Assembly (NCBI GenBank): GCA_002245135.1
Contig: NGBS01000897.1
Coordinates: 1-64,000, forward strand
Direction of reading: 5' to 3'
Length of the DNA: 64,000 bases
From: Proteromonas lacertae
Lineage: Eukaryota
Shown here: positions 34,604 to 47,395 of the stretch, piece by piece
How the letters are laid out: every line of letters begins with the position of its first letter
How positions within the stretch are numbered: position 1 is the first letter of the stretch
Made by a program: the position numbers and the translations under genes
The notes under the pieces: model-generated
Seen by the model: the letters and a program-made list of their open reading frames with translations, nothing else
Databases searched by the model: none
Told to the model about the DNA's origin: nothing

Positions 34604-37600
34604 ATGGATAAGTATATTTTAATCATTCACAATATTAATAGAAAAAATATAAAGTTTGATTTATGCAAGAAAAATGCTTTAGAAAAGCTTCAAAAGTGTG
34701 ATAAGTCTCCCAAAGGAAGTCTGGATGAGCCAATTGAAGAATTAGTTTATTTAATAAATAAAGAAAGTGATTATGTAACAACTAGTAGTTGTAGTGGTAG
34801 AATTGCGTTATTTGTTAGTGAAAACAAAGTATGAGAATATAATGTATATTATGAAAATATAGAAAGGAGGTAAATGGCTATTATCAAACCACAGTCACAT
34901 TAGTTATGAAGAAATGAGAAAATGCCTGAATGAAGTAAATTCATTAAAAACAGGTGAAATATTATTATTAAAAGTGGAACCAATGATACTTCATGTATAT
35001 TTATAGTTAATATATAATTATTTATAGATTCAGTGTAGATCTATAGAAACAGCCAAAGAATTATTACAAATAGGTATAGAAAGTGGATTTAGAGAAAGTG
35101 GAATAATTCCATTGAATAAAATAATGTTAGCAATACGAACAACATCAAATTCATTAGAAATTCCTTTACTAACAAAAGAAGAAGACGAAAATAATGTAAA
35201 TGAAATGTTTAGTGATAAATATATAAAATATTTAGTAAATTACTGTAATGAGTTATTTGATAGAAATAGTAAAAGAATTGAAATTTTGTCAAAGAAAATA
35301 ACGCAATATTTTTCTAAAGACAAAATCTTTTATAATAATAAACTAAAGATTGAGCAAATTAAAAATATAAAAATTGATAAAAATAAAAAAGAGATAAAAA
35401 TAGATATAATTCAAAGAGATAATTCTATTATCAAATCAATCACTTGGTCATTCCATAGTGAAATTAAATAACAATAATATTATAATATTTGGAGGATATG
35501 GAAAGAATGAAATAAATGAAAGTGAAAAAAGATTAAATGATTTAATACTCTTTAAAAGAGAAACAAATGAAATAATTAAAATGAATTGTATTAATACAAA
35601 GGAATCAGAATTACCTATTGCTAGAATGTACCATCAATCATTATTATATAATAACAAATATTTCATATCATTTGGAGGAAGAACTAATCCAAATGAATGT
35701 TTAAATGATTTAATAATATATGATATTGAGTTAAATAAATGGTTTATTAATAAAGAAAGTGATGGCAATAAATATCCATCTCCTAGATGGAATTATTCAT
35801 TTGTTTTAACAAATAGTAATAGAATAATATTATATGGAGGTAGAGATTCAAATAAAGTATATAATGATATTTGGGAATTGAAAATAAGTGAAACGAATAA
35901 TGAAACGAACAAATTTTTAATAGAATGGAAATGTTTAAGTGATGAAAATCGTAGGAGTATAATTCCAAGGTTTTTACATTGTGGAATTGATATAGGAAAT
36001 GATAATATATTATTTATTGGAGGATTAAGTGATTTAATATTTCCTATGAAGAAATCACCTCCAATAATGATTTATGACTTGAAAAATAATATCATCAAAA
36101 TGGGAAATATAAGTAATAATTTTTGTTGTTGTGTTTATGGAAGTAAAATGTTGAAAATTAAAAATAATAATTTCTTAATAGTTGGTGGAATGAGTTATAA
36201 TAATAATAATCAATCAAATGGTATTCAATTATTAACATTAAGTAATGAAAATGATGAATTATCAATAAATGTGAAATATTTGAGTGATATAAGTGAATAT
36301 AACCCATCAAATCAATCAGTTTTAGTATATATATATATATATAATATTTATTAAATAGATAGATAATGAATTGATGATAATTGGTGGAGGTGGACCACTT
36401 GCTTGGACTTGTTATTATGCAAAATCACTAAGTTATCAATTGAATATAAACAGTGAAAGTATAAAAGAAGAAAAAATAGAAAATATAAAAGAAGAAATTG
36501 AAATTGAAACAACTGAAGTAATACCAGTAATTGAAGTACCAAGTAATGTAGTAAAGAAATTTAAAAATGAATTGACTGAATTGAAATTGATTAATAATAA
36601 ATACAAGATAATGAAAAGTGATAATAAGATGTGTTTTATTCCATTAAATATCTCTTCAAAAGATGAAACAATTGAAATAAAAGATGATAATGAAAAATAT
36701 AATGAATTGAAAGACTATTTTAAAGAACATTCTATAAGATATAGTGATAAATTGAAATCATCTCATATTTCAGTTTATTCATTGTTAATTAGTAATATTA
36801 GAAATTGGTATGACAGTTATAATAGTGAAACAAAATCAAAAATATCATTTGATGAATTAATCTCAAATTTTCCTACCAAAATTGAAAAAGTTGGTGATAT
36901 AATTGTTATACCAAATAATTACTTGACTTTAGATATATGGAAAGAATGTAAAGAATTATACAAATGGATAAGTGAATTATATAACACTGAAAGAATAGCA
37001 GCTTACTCGTCAATAGATAGTGGAATTAAACGAGAAAGTCACACAAAAATTATTTATCCATTGAAAGATGATGTAAATGGAAATACATGTGTAAAACAAG
37101 TATATAGAAATTTTTAATTAATATTTATTTATAGAATGGTATTTATTATTATTTTGATATAACTAAAACTATGTTTTCCAGTGGAAATGTAACTGAAAGA
37201 GTAAGAATGGGTAAATTGAAATGTGATAGTGAAATAGTATTTGATCTATATTGCGTATAGTTAATATAAATTCTATATTATGAATAGGGAATAGGTTATT
37301 TTACATTGCCAATATTGAAATATGGAAATCCAAATCACTTATATGCCTGTGATATAAATCCAAATTCCATAGAAGCGATAAAATACAATATGGAAATGAA
37401 TCATATTGATGAATCTAAATATACTATCTTGTTAGGAGATAATAAAGATACTACAGCAATGTATGAAGATATAGCTGATAGAATATTACTTGGATTACTT
37501 CCTTCGTCAGAAAATGGATGGGATATAGCAATTAGATTGTTGAAAAGAGAAGGAGGGATGTTGCATATACATGAGAATATAAAAGATAAAGGATATGAAG

Positions 37601-37752
37601 AATGGAAAGAATATTTGGTAAATAAATTGGCTGAAATTAGTAGGATTTATGAAAAATGTTATTCATTTGAAGTAATACATTTGGAAACTGTAAAATCTTA
37701 TGCTCCACACATTTACCATGTCGTTGCTGATGTGTTATGTAAAAGAAATTAA
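34604..37752 (+). CDS. TYW2/3/4: tRNA wybutosine-synthesizing TYW3-kelch-TYW2 fusion (TYW2/3/4-type), multi-exon
   Basis: DKSPKGSLDEPI, TTSSCSGRI, VEPMILH, SGFRESG, MLAIRT (TYW3); kelch GG repeats; FDITKTMFSSGNVTERVRM, DLYC-GIGYFTLP, DRILLGLLPSSENGW, KSYAPHIYHVVAD (TYW2). One unexplained frame change near 35410-35470. Confidence 0.9.
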
Positions 37753-37884
37753 GTATAAAATGTGTTTATGTTGATTATTAACAAAATAGTATAAAATAAA
37801 ATAAAATCATAAATATTAAAATTAATAAAATGAACAATATAATACATACATACATATATACACACACATAATACAAGAAATGAC

Positions 37885-38211
37885 CTACATTGGTGGTGAT
37901 GGTGCATTTGGTATAACTGATGTGTTCATTAAATATATCTCATCTTCTATAGATGTATCAGTTACTTCATCATCCTGAGAATTGTACAGATCATATTTTA
38001 TAACCTCTGTACACTTATCCTCTGTTTCCTCTGATATATTAGTCCCTTCTCTATTAGCTAAAGGGAAGATAATCTCCACATATTCTTTTTTACGGAAATT
38101 ATTATTTCTAAATTGACCAACTTCTACTAAGTTTTCTTCTTCTAAACTTAAATCATTTAAATCATTTGTCAAACCTTCTTCCTCATTAACCTGTCCATTT
38201 ATAGATAACAT
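37885..38211 (-). CDS. Acidic ORF of unknown function, possibly the 3' end of a decayed gene
   Basis: 108 aa with protein-like composition ending PNAPSPPM; upstream frame is interrupted. Confidence 0.35.
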   Translation of the reverse strand: MLSINGQVNEEEGLTNDLNDLSLEEENLVEVGQFRNNNFRKKEYVEIIFPLANREGTNISEETEDKCTEVIKYDLYNSQDDEVTDTSIEDEIYLMNTSVIPNAPSPPM

Positions 38212-38490
38212 AAACAGTATTTAAATTCTTTATTTTGAATAACGAAGATACTCAAGCTAAAGTTTGGAAGAATTTAACAAAACAGCACGATAGTTTTATT
38301 AATGTATCCTATTGCATACAAACGAAATAAAAGATGTAAACAATTATTATATATCATGTTATTACATTGTCACTGTTTCTATAAGACTTTTACATAAAAT
38401 CTATTTCTCATTCTAAACTTCTATAATATAGTTCCCCTTGCTTGATGTCATTAAAAAAGCTTGAAAAAACAGCAGTTTAAATTATTCTTA

Positions 38491-39741
38491 TTAATCATAG
38501 GATCTAAGCATTATTATTTTATTACTAAATGATGGATAAATATTTATATCTGTTTTTACTAATTCTACTTTTCTTTGGATTTCTTTCTCATCTTCATTAA
38601 TTTCACGATCTAACATCAACGAACTACTGCAATATCTTAAATGTTGACCAGATATTCTTCTATAATGTCTAATATAAGCTATTTCTATAGGTACATTGCA
38701 GCTGTTAAATCCAGGATAGTATAAGTTGACATTATGAATCCATAAGTTACTCACTAAATGGCTTTCATAAATTACATATTTTTGAATCATTTTCTGTTTT
38801 AATTCACAATATTCTCGATGAACAAATATGTCTGTATCACTTACATCATTTATATATCCATCGAATCCTTTGAATATTTCACGATGATATAATCTTTGAC
38901 GAAAATAGAACACAGAACATTCTTTATGTTGATTTATATAATGTTGTAAATCATTTGGAGATTGTTTATGTTCTATCCATAAGATTTCATCTAAATCTAT
39001 CGGTATTATATGTTTACTAAGTCTTCGATATCTATAGAAACAATCATTCAACTTCCATAATTGACCATAGAACATATTATATACTATAGTCAGTTCAATT
39101 GTTTTATTCCAAGTTATCACATCAATTATTCCTTTTTTAGAATAGTAATCTAATACAAATTCCATTTCTTTACTACAAGATGTCTTATATATCACTATGT
39201 GATCTACTCCAAAATGAATATTTGATTCAATTACTTGAATGAAATGATTTACAGCAGTATAATTCTTTAATTTACATATACATACTGTGTTGTTGTATAT
39301 TGGTTTTATATTTTCAGAATAATTGATTATAGAAATCTTAGAATCATTGAATCTTACATACTGAGGAATTTTTGATGTGGTATTATCACGTACAATTAAA
39401 TATCCATATAACTTGGTGTATTTCGGATTATAAACCTTCGATATCCAAGCTTCTGTCTCACTATCATTGTATATTAGTGATAGTTTTGGTATAGGTACCT
39501 TTTTGTAATCACCTATTGTAAATACTCTTACTGCTTTTATTCTTTCATCATAAAAAGCATTCAAAAGATAACAGCTTTTAGAGTATTCTATACTGCTGAT
39601 CTGGCTGCTTACTTTGGAATAGAAATTTGTTTCAGAACCTAACTTATGTTTCATATTGTTACTTAGCTGGAAATCGATAATATTAAAGAATAAAAATCCA
39701 ATAGATACAACACAGCAGATGAGTATGACATTTCTTTTCAT
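38491..39741 (-). CDS. GT92/DUF23 glycosyltransferase-like, copy A
   Basis: TM anchor; AFYDER, TVCI, HFGVDHIVIY, VLDYY..KG, YGQLWKLNDCFYRYR, IDLDEI, HYR. Confidence 0.85.
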   Translation of the reverse strand: MKRNVILICCVVSIGFLFFNIIDFQLSNNMKHKLGSETNFYSKVSSQISSIEYSKSCYLLNAFYDERIKAVRVFTIGDYKKVPIPKLSLIYNDSETEAWISKVYNPKYTKLYGYLIVRDNTTSKIPQYVRFNDSKISIINYSENIKPIYNNTVCICKLKNYTAVNHFIQVIESNIHFGVDHIVIYKTSCSKEMEFVLDYYSKKGIIDVITWNKTIELTIVYNMFYGQLWKLNDCFYRYRRLSKHIIPIDLDEILWIEHKQSPNDLQHYINQHKECSVFYFRQRLYHREIFKGFDGYINDVSDTDIFVHREYCELKQKMIQKYVIYESHLVSNLWIHNVNLYYPGFNSCNVPIEIAYIRHYRRISGQHLRYCSSSLMLDREINEDEKEIQRKVELVKTDINIYPSFSNKIIMLRSYD

Positions 39742-39938
39742 TTATGAAACGAATATATTTTTGAGAATTTCATTATAATCTCATTACAAACTATAATATC
39801 TACTCATATATAGTTATAACGATGCAATCATGAATAATATTATATTTTATTTAATAATTTTCATGGATTAAGGATATAAAATAATTAACATTTAAATATG
39901 AAAAGAATAAAAACTATTTATCTTTAATTTAAAACTAC

Positions 39939-41198
39939 CTATTTCACAGTATAATTACCAAGTATAATTATATTATCATTACTAAATGATGGATAAATAT
40001 TTATATCTGTTTTTACTAATTCTACTTTTCTTTGGATTTCTTTCTCATCTTCATTAATTTCACGATCTAACATCAACGAACTACTGCAATATCTTAAATG
40101 TTGACCAGATATTCTTCTATAATGTCTAATATAAGCTATTTCTATAGGTACATTACATTTTTTATATCCTTTAAAATATACTAATACAAAATGTATCTCT
40201 AAATGAGAAATTGTGGATGTGTTATAGATTATATATTTTTGTATTAATTTTGGTTTTAATTCACAATATTCTCGATGAACAAATATGTCTGTATCAGAAA
40301 TATTATTAACGAATCTATCATACATATTCAATATCTCACGATGATATAATCTTTGACGAAAATAGAACACAGAACATTCTTTATGTTGATTTATATAATG
40401 TTGTAAATCATTTGGAGATTGTTTATGTTCTATCCATAAGATTTCATCTAAATCTATCGGTATTATATGTTTACTAAGTCTTCGATATCTATAGAAACAA
40501 TCATTCAACTTCCATAATTGACCAAACGAATATTGATAAATGACATTCAATTCTATAGTTGTATTCCAAGTTATCACATCAATTATTCCTTTTTTAGAAT
40601 AGTAATCTAATACAAATTCCATTTCTTTACTACAAGACGTCTTATATATCACTATGTGATCTACTCCAAAATGAATATTTGCTTCAATTACTTGAATGAA
40701 ATGATTTACAGCAGTATAATTCTTCATCTTATCAACACATACAGTATTATGATAAACTAGTTGTTTATTTTTTGGATAATAAATTATAGGTATTTTATAA
40801 TCGTAATATCTTACATATTGAGGAATTTTTGATGTGGTATTATCACGCAGTAGATAATATCCAAATGATTTGGTATATGGGTTGGGACTAACATTTTCAA
40901 CTTGTGCTTCTATATCTCTGTCACTGTATACAAGTGACAGTTTTGGTATAGGAATTTTATTTATCATTCCAATAGTAAAAATTTTCACAGCTTCTAGTCG
41001 TTCATCGTAAAATGCATCCAAAAAATATGAATTGTTATAAAATTCTATTGTATTAACTTGGTTATTTATTTTCGAAAATGATGTTAATTCTACATCTTGT
41101 GTGAATAATAATTTGTAATTATATTGAAATGTAAATATATTGAATATTAGAAATCCAATAGAAATAATACAACAGATGAGTATTACAGTTCTTTTCAT
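39939..41198 (-). CDS. GT92/DUF23 glycosyltransferase-like, copy B (tandem duplicate)
   Basis: Same motifs; long blocks identical to copy A; ~20 nt upstream of ATG also shared. Confidence 0.85.
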   Translation of the reverse strand: MKRTVILICCIISIGFLIFNIFTFQYNYKLLFTQDVELTSFSKINNQVNTIEFYNNSYFLDAFYDERLEAVKIFTIGMINKIPIPKLSLVYSDRDIEAQVENVSPNPYTKSFGYYLLRDNTTSKIPQYVRYYDYKIPIIYYPKNKQLVYHNTVCVDKMKNYTAVNHFIQVIEANIHFGVDHIVIYKTSCSKEMEFVLDYYSKKGIIDVITWNTTIELNVIYQYSFGQLWKLNDCFYRYRRLSKHIIPIDLDEILWIEHKQSPNDLQHYINQHKECSVFYFRQRLYHREILNMYDRFVNNISDTDIFVHREYCELKPKLIQKYIIYNTSTISHLEIHFVLVYFKGYKKCNVPIEIAYIRHYRRISGQHLRYCSSSLMLDREINEDEKEIQRKVELVKTDINIYPSFSNDNIIILGNYTVK

Positions 41199-41580
41199 TT
41201 ATGAAACGAATATATTTTAGTTAACTTTTTGTTTTATGTTATTTCAACAATGTCATAAAGTGTATTATGTTATTTAAAAACATTGTCATAAAGTTTTTAT
41301 CAAATAAAAGAGTGAATCTTTCTTATAAATTCATTTTCATACATTTTTCTCTATATTGCATTCTATAACAACTAATTAATTGAACTTACTTTATATACAT
41401 AATACAACTGCAGTTTAACAAAACGAGATTTTGATAATCTTTAGAACATTCATATTTAAACAACTCGATATTATATCAATTCAAGTAAAAATCCTCTTCA
41501 CTTGAGAATTTATAATCAAACAGAAGAGAAAAAAGCATAAAATATTATAAATGTATTTTGAAACGACTAAAATTTCAGTA

Positions 41581-43320
41581 ATGGATGTTGAATTAGCTAT
41601 AGACATAATTGATGAGAGTTTTGGATCAATAATTGCAGTATCTAGAAATCAGTTTAGTTTTATTTTTTTAGAGAGTATCTGAAGTATTACTGAAGTGTGG
41701 TAGTATAGATTTAAACCAAATAGTGAATGAACTAAAAAATGTAGAGCCTATTGAGTTAGAAAAAGTATATATTTGAATAAAATAATTTATAAACAGGTAA
41801 AAGAGGCATTGTTTATCTTAATTCAGCAAAATGTCGTAGAAGTAGAGTGTCATTCTCTAAAATCCAAGAGATGTAAATATCACGTATAAATATACAATTA
41901 TAACAATTAGTTAAATATAATTAATGTTTTAACTCGTTTAAGATTTGGTAGAATCCTTCGTTTATGTGAACATTTATTTGGTCGTGAAGGTGAATTGATC
42001 TTAGACTTGGTATTAGAGAATGGTCGTGCAATGTATGGACAAATAGTGGAAAAATTATTAAGTGGAGAATATGGTGGATTAAATAGGGAAAAAGTAATCA
42101 ATACATTGAATAATATGATTAACCGTAAATTTCTAATCTCTGCACTAGAAAAACCGTCGTCTTCCATATCAAGTAGTAAGATTGAGTTGGAATTACCAAA
42201 ATCTAAGACTCAAACCAAAACTTCTACTTCATCATCATCATCATCATTAAAAAGAAAACCAAAACCATTATTACAAATCACTAAAAAAATAAAAACAACT
42301 GAAACATCTTCAATTATCAAATCTGGTTTTAATAGTAAAAACGATAATAATAATAGCACGGAATTATTAAATGAAGATATATTTTACAAAGTAAATTATG
42401 ACCAATTTACAGTGGAGTTTAAAAAAATGACAATTATTCGTTATATTAAAGATAGAATAGATGAAAGAAGTAAAGGAATTATTGAAGGAATATTAAACGT
42501 TATAACGAGTGATGAGAAACCAAAAGATAAATATTCACTCTCATTGACATTAGATGATGTATAATATATATTTTTTATTTTATTTTTTTATAGATTTTAA
42601 GTCGTTATAAAAGTGAAGAATCTATTGATAGAAATCAGTTCGAATTCTATATCAATATTTTAGTAAAGGAATATAAAGTATTAACAGAAAGTAATGAATT
42701 ATATCGAATTAACTATGATTTCATAATCCGTGATATTCAGATTGAATGTTTATGTAGTTATTTAAGTAAAAGATATAATAATTATGTAAGTAGAATATTT
42801 CGATTATTGAGTAATGGTGATAAATTAGAAGATAGTTCAATAGCAAAATTGACACTAATTCCTGCTAAAGAATGTAATGGAGTATATATATATATATAAT
42901 ATTGTTTTTTTCATTTTTTCGTTCATTTTTCATTACCCCATTTTTAAAATTCTATTTATTTTTAATATTTATAAATAGTATTTATATTCATTATATGAAG
43001 ATGGTTTTATAAAGATACAAGAATTACCCAAAAAATCTGATCATTTCTGTTACTCAACAATTTACTTGTATTATTTTGATTTAGAGTATTGTTTCAATGA
43101 AATGTTGAATAAAATATATAAAGGAATAATCAATTTAAGAAAAAGAAGAAAATGTGAATGTGAAATAAATGAGGATTTATTGAATTATGATATTAATAAA
43201 AATCAATTAGATGCAAAGGATGAACAAAGATATACAGTATTCCAAAGAAATACTGAGTTGTTAACCTTTGAAATGTTGAAAATGGATGATATGATTATAT
43301 TGTTGAGAGATTTCTTGTGA
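41581..43320 (+). CDS. POLR3C: RNA polymerase III subunit RPC3/RPC82, multi-exon
   Basis: ELAIDIIDESFG..VSEVLLKCG, VKEALFILIQQN, VLTRLRF, LFGREGELILDLVLENGR, RIFRLL, IQELPK, C-terminal KMDDMIILLRDF. Confidence 0.85.
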
Positions 43321-43434
43321 GTGTGTTGTAACAATAACTATATTATTAGTTTTTATTTCTTGTTGCATTGTTATTTGGGTTTATAAATGGTTGTATGATT
43401 ATTGAATTTTTGATCGTTTCAAATCAAGCAAAAT

Positions 43435-44591
43435 ATGGAATTTGAAAATGTATGATTTTCTTTATTATTTAATAGAATAATGGAAATCGAATGAATATTT
43501 TGGATACTATAAATTATTATGTTGATCCATCAATAGGTAACTATGCTCCTTCTACTTGCAGATATCAAGTCTTGAAGAGTCTTGGACGTGGTGCGTTTGG
43601 AGTTGTATATTTGGGTGAAAATATAGAAACTAAATCACTAGTAGCAATTAAGAGAGTAAAATTATCATTTACCAAACTAAGAAGGGCAAAGGATATTGTA
43701 AGAGAAGTATCATTAATGAGAGTAATGAACCATCCAAATATATTAAAATTATACGAAATACTTGCTCCTCAATCCTATAAAGACTTTGATGATGTATATC
43801 TTGTATGTGAAGTAATGGAAATGGATTTAAAATGGCTACTAAACAGTGGACAAGCTTTACAAGAGCAACACTACCAACATTTTGCTTATCAGATTTGTTG
43901 TGGTCTTAATTACATGCATAGTATAGGATTAATACATAGAGATTTAAAACCATCCAATGTCCTGTTAAAAACAGACTGTGATTTGAAATTATGCGATTTT
44001 GGCTTAGCAAGGGATGGAAACTATGGAAGATACACAGAATATATGGTAACTCGATGGTATAGAGCTCCAGAAATATTATTAGAGTGTGAATATGGTACAG
44101 CGAGTGATATGTGGTCATATGGTTGCTTATTAGGTGAATTGTTGTTAGGAAGACCATTGTTCCCTGGTAATAATGCTGTAGATCAAATACAAACAATTTT
44201 AAAGGTTTTTGGAACTCCAGAAAGTGAAGATAGTGATTGGTTGTTTATTACCAATCCAAAGGGTAGACAATACATGAAAAAACAGAATAGATATCCAGAA
44301 ACTACATTTTTAGAAGTATTTCCTAATGTGTCAATAGGTGCACTTAATTTATTACAAAAATTATTAAATTGGGATCCGAATAAGCGTTTAAGTGCTAAAG
44401 ACACTTTATATCATCCATATTTTAATCAAATACCCAAAAATCCTATTTTGAGTGAAGATCCAAAGTTTAAAGTGAATAGTCTAGTTAGGATTGAAGATTT
44501 ATCAATAGAAGAATTGAAACTAATTACATATAAGGAAATGTGTTTGTATCATCCCGAGATGAAGAATGCAAACGATTTACCTTGTAAATGA
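43435..44591 (+). CDS. Mitogen-activated protein kinase (TEY activation loop)
   Basis: GRGAFG, VAIK, HRDLKPSN, DFGLAR, TEYMVTRWYRAPE; probable 5-codon first exon and 26-nt intron 43450-43475 in frame with ORF 43491. Confidence 0.95.
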
Positions 44592-45030
44592 GTGTAATAA
44601 ATAAATATATATTATTAATTTTTAAAATTTTATTGTTAATATATTCATGAATATTGGCTTTTAACTGTTGTTTTTTCTTTAACAGTGTTTTTAATAATTA
44701 CATTAAAAACAGAATAAAATTTTATATTCTACTCCATTAACTCCACATTGATTGATAAATGATATTTACACTCCATTTAGAGATAGGTTGATATTATCAA
44801 CAAGTATTATACAACTACAATTTGATATGCATGTAATTAGTCTCAACATTAATCACTTTATAAATATTATTCTACCATTACTTCATTAATAACTGCAATA
44901 AAATAAAAAGAAATAAACAATTGCTTGATTGAACAAGCTTTGAGGGGGTATGAATATAAATGCCATTTCAATACTAATTTTCTTATTTAAATTCATTCAT
45001 TAAATACATTTTCATACCCTTAAAAACTAA

Positions 45031-46014
45031 ATGGTATATTTCTTTTTTTATAGCTCTCTGCTTCTTTTTATCTACCAGAATTATCTCACTGATATATTGC
45101 TTTATTATATTTTGTATTTCTGAGTTACTTATTTTTTTATACTTACTAATCTGTTAATCTGCTTTATATATTATATGGATCGTTATATTTATATTTTAAA
45201 ATAGGCACGTGGACCAAAGAAACATTTAAAACGTTTAAATGCTCCATCTCATTGGATGCTTAACAAATTAGGAGGAATCTGGGTATTTATTTAAAGTTTT
45301 ATAATGTAGGCTCCAAGACCAAGCACTGGACCTCATAAATTACGAGAATGCTTACCCTTAAGCATTATGTTAAGAGAACGTCTGAAGTATGCTTTAACAA
45401 GACACGAAGCTCAATTAATCTGTATTGAAAAAGATATTAAAGTCGATGGAAAAGTCAGAACTGATATTAACTACCCAGCTGGTTTTATGGATGTAATTGA
45501 AATTCCAAAATCCAAAGATATTTTCAGATTACTTTATGATGTAAAAGGTAGATTCGTATTACACAAAATCTCACAAAAAGAAGCTGAATATAAATTATGT
45601 AGAGTACAAAAAGTATTTTTAACACCAAAGAAAATTCCAGTTTTAACCACATCCGATGGAAGAACAATCAGATATCCAGATCCAGCTATTAAAGTCAATG
45701 ATACAATTAAAGTAGATATTGCTACAGGCAAAATCACTGGTCATATCTCCTTCGATGTTGGTAAAACTGTAATGGTTACAAAGGGTAGAAATGCTGGTCG
45801 TGTTGGTGTAGTTACACACAGAGATCGTCACTTTGGTTCTTTTGATATTGTCCATATTAAAGATGAAGCTGGTAACGTATTCGCTACAAGATTAAACCAC
45901 ATTTTCGTAATTGGAGATGATAAGCCTTTGATTTCATTACCAAAGGGTAAGGGTATTAAGATCAGTATTATGGATGAATTGAGAAACAGAGAAGCTAAGA
46001 ATAGAAAACATTAA
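45031..46014 (+). CDS. RPS4: 40S ribosomal protein S4 (eS4)
   Basis: ATG | intron 45034-45204 | [26 protein letters not shown] | intron 45283-45309 | [17 protein letters not shown]...; unmistakable sequence. Confidence 0.98.
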
Positions 46015-46162
46015 ATAAAAATATTTGTTTAAAAACTTGCCATTAAATAGAAGGGTTCAATTAAATTTGTGTATTTCTTTTTGAATTGAAAATATATTCA
46101 TAATTCAAAAGATTAATGAAAATAAATAAAGAATTTTGGTTATTTTTTGAATAAACCCAAAA

Positions 46163-46914
46163 ATGAACAAAATTTTAAAAATAATAAAAGAAGGGTTAAA
46201 TCCTTTAGGTTTTGATTTAATATCATGTTTAAATGGTATGATTATGTATATTAAACATAGCTGGACTGTATAATACTCAAATGCCTGTGAAGAATCACAT
46301 TGTGGACTTTAATAATCCAAATAGTTTATGTGTAGTAGTAGGTATTAATAAAATATATCATTTTAACAGGAAATACAAAGAAACTGTGGAAACCATTTCT
46401 TGAAGATCTCTCCAAACAACCAACAATACCTCAAAATCCAATTGATTCATACACAGAAAAATCAATTCAAAGTGTTCTTGATCATATAACTACAGATTAT
46501 CATATTCACTACACCTTTGATTATACACATATAGTATCCTTGCAAAAGCTATCTTACTTGTCAGGAATGTGTTATTTATCGCCAAAGACTCATTTATGTT
46601 ATCATCCAATATATGGAGTGTGGATGGGTTTAAGGGCTGCAATAGTATTTAATTGCATTTATGATCAAAATCCACCAAAACTTATTGAATCAATTGATCC
46701 TGAATGTGAAGAAAAACAAAGTGAAATGTTGAATGAATTAATAAAGAATAAAGAATTTGATATAAGAAATCCAGAAACTGCTAAGAAATGGATTGAGTTT
46801 AGAAGATTGTATAAAGTAGGAAACGAGTATAAATATAGTGATAATCAACTGTTTTATCACTATACTAAAGATAAAATATATATTCAGAATGCTTTGAATG
46901 ATATAAAGAAATAG
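46163..46914 (+). CDS. MMACHC: MMACHC/CblC-like cobalamin-processing protein
   Basis: GFD, YN, CVVVGNTKKLW..F, NPIDSY, LQKLSYLSG, HPIYGVWMGLRA, YSDNQLFYH; introns 46236-46260 and 46342-46369. Confidence 0.75.
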
Positions 46915-47395
46915 TATATAGATAGTTTGTTGTTTTAGTAGGATATAATAATTTTTTAAGAAATATTCACTAATTTGTGTTTTTAAACAATTAACAACAG
47001 TGTAAATGACATTATATTTATTTCAACAACCGATACAACTCACTTGCAATACTAGTAAGTGACTAATTCTCATTATTGGTTAATCGTATTATTAATGTGC
47101 TAATATTAAAATATTGGATTATAATTTAAATTCTAAGATAATCAAATCACTTTAAACATACATGTATGAAATTGAGTGAATATCTTCTTCAAAATACTTA
47201 TCTGATCAATATTATAGTGTCAATTCACCATAATAAGCACATGTCTTCATGGAAATGTATTGTTCTACTTGATATGTTTTAAAGAAGATTTGAATAACAT
47301 CAAAAAAGAAAACTGTTAGTTATATTTGAAAATTTAAATTGACTAATAAAATTCAATTCCATTCATAACGCAAAATTCAAAATTATCACTATTCA

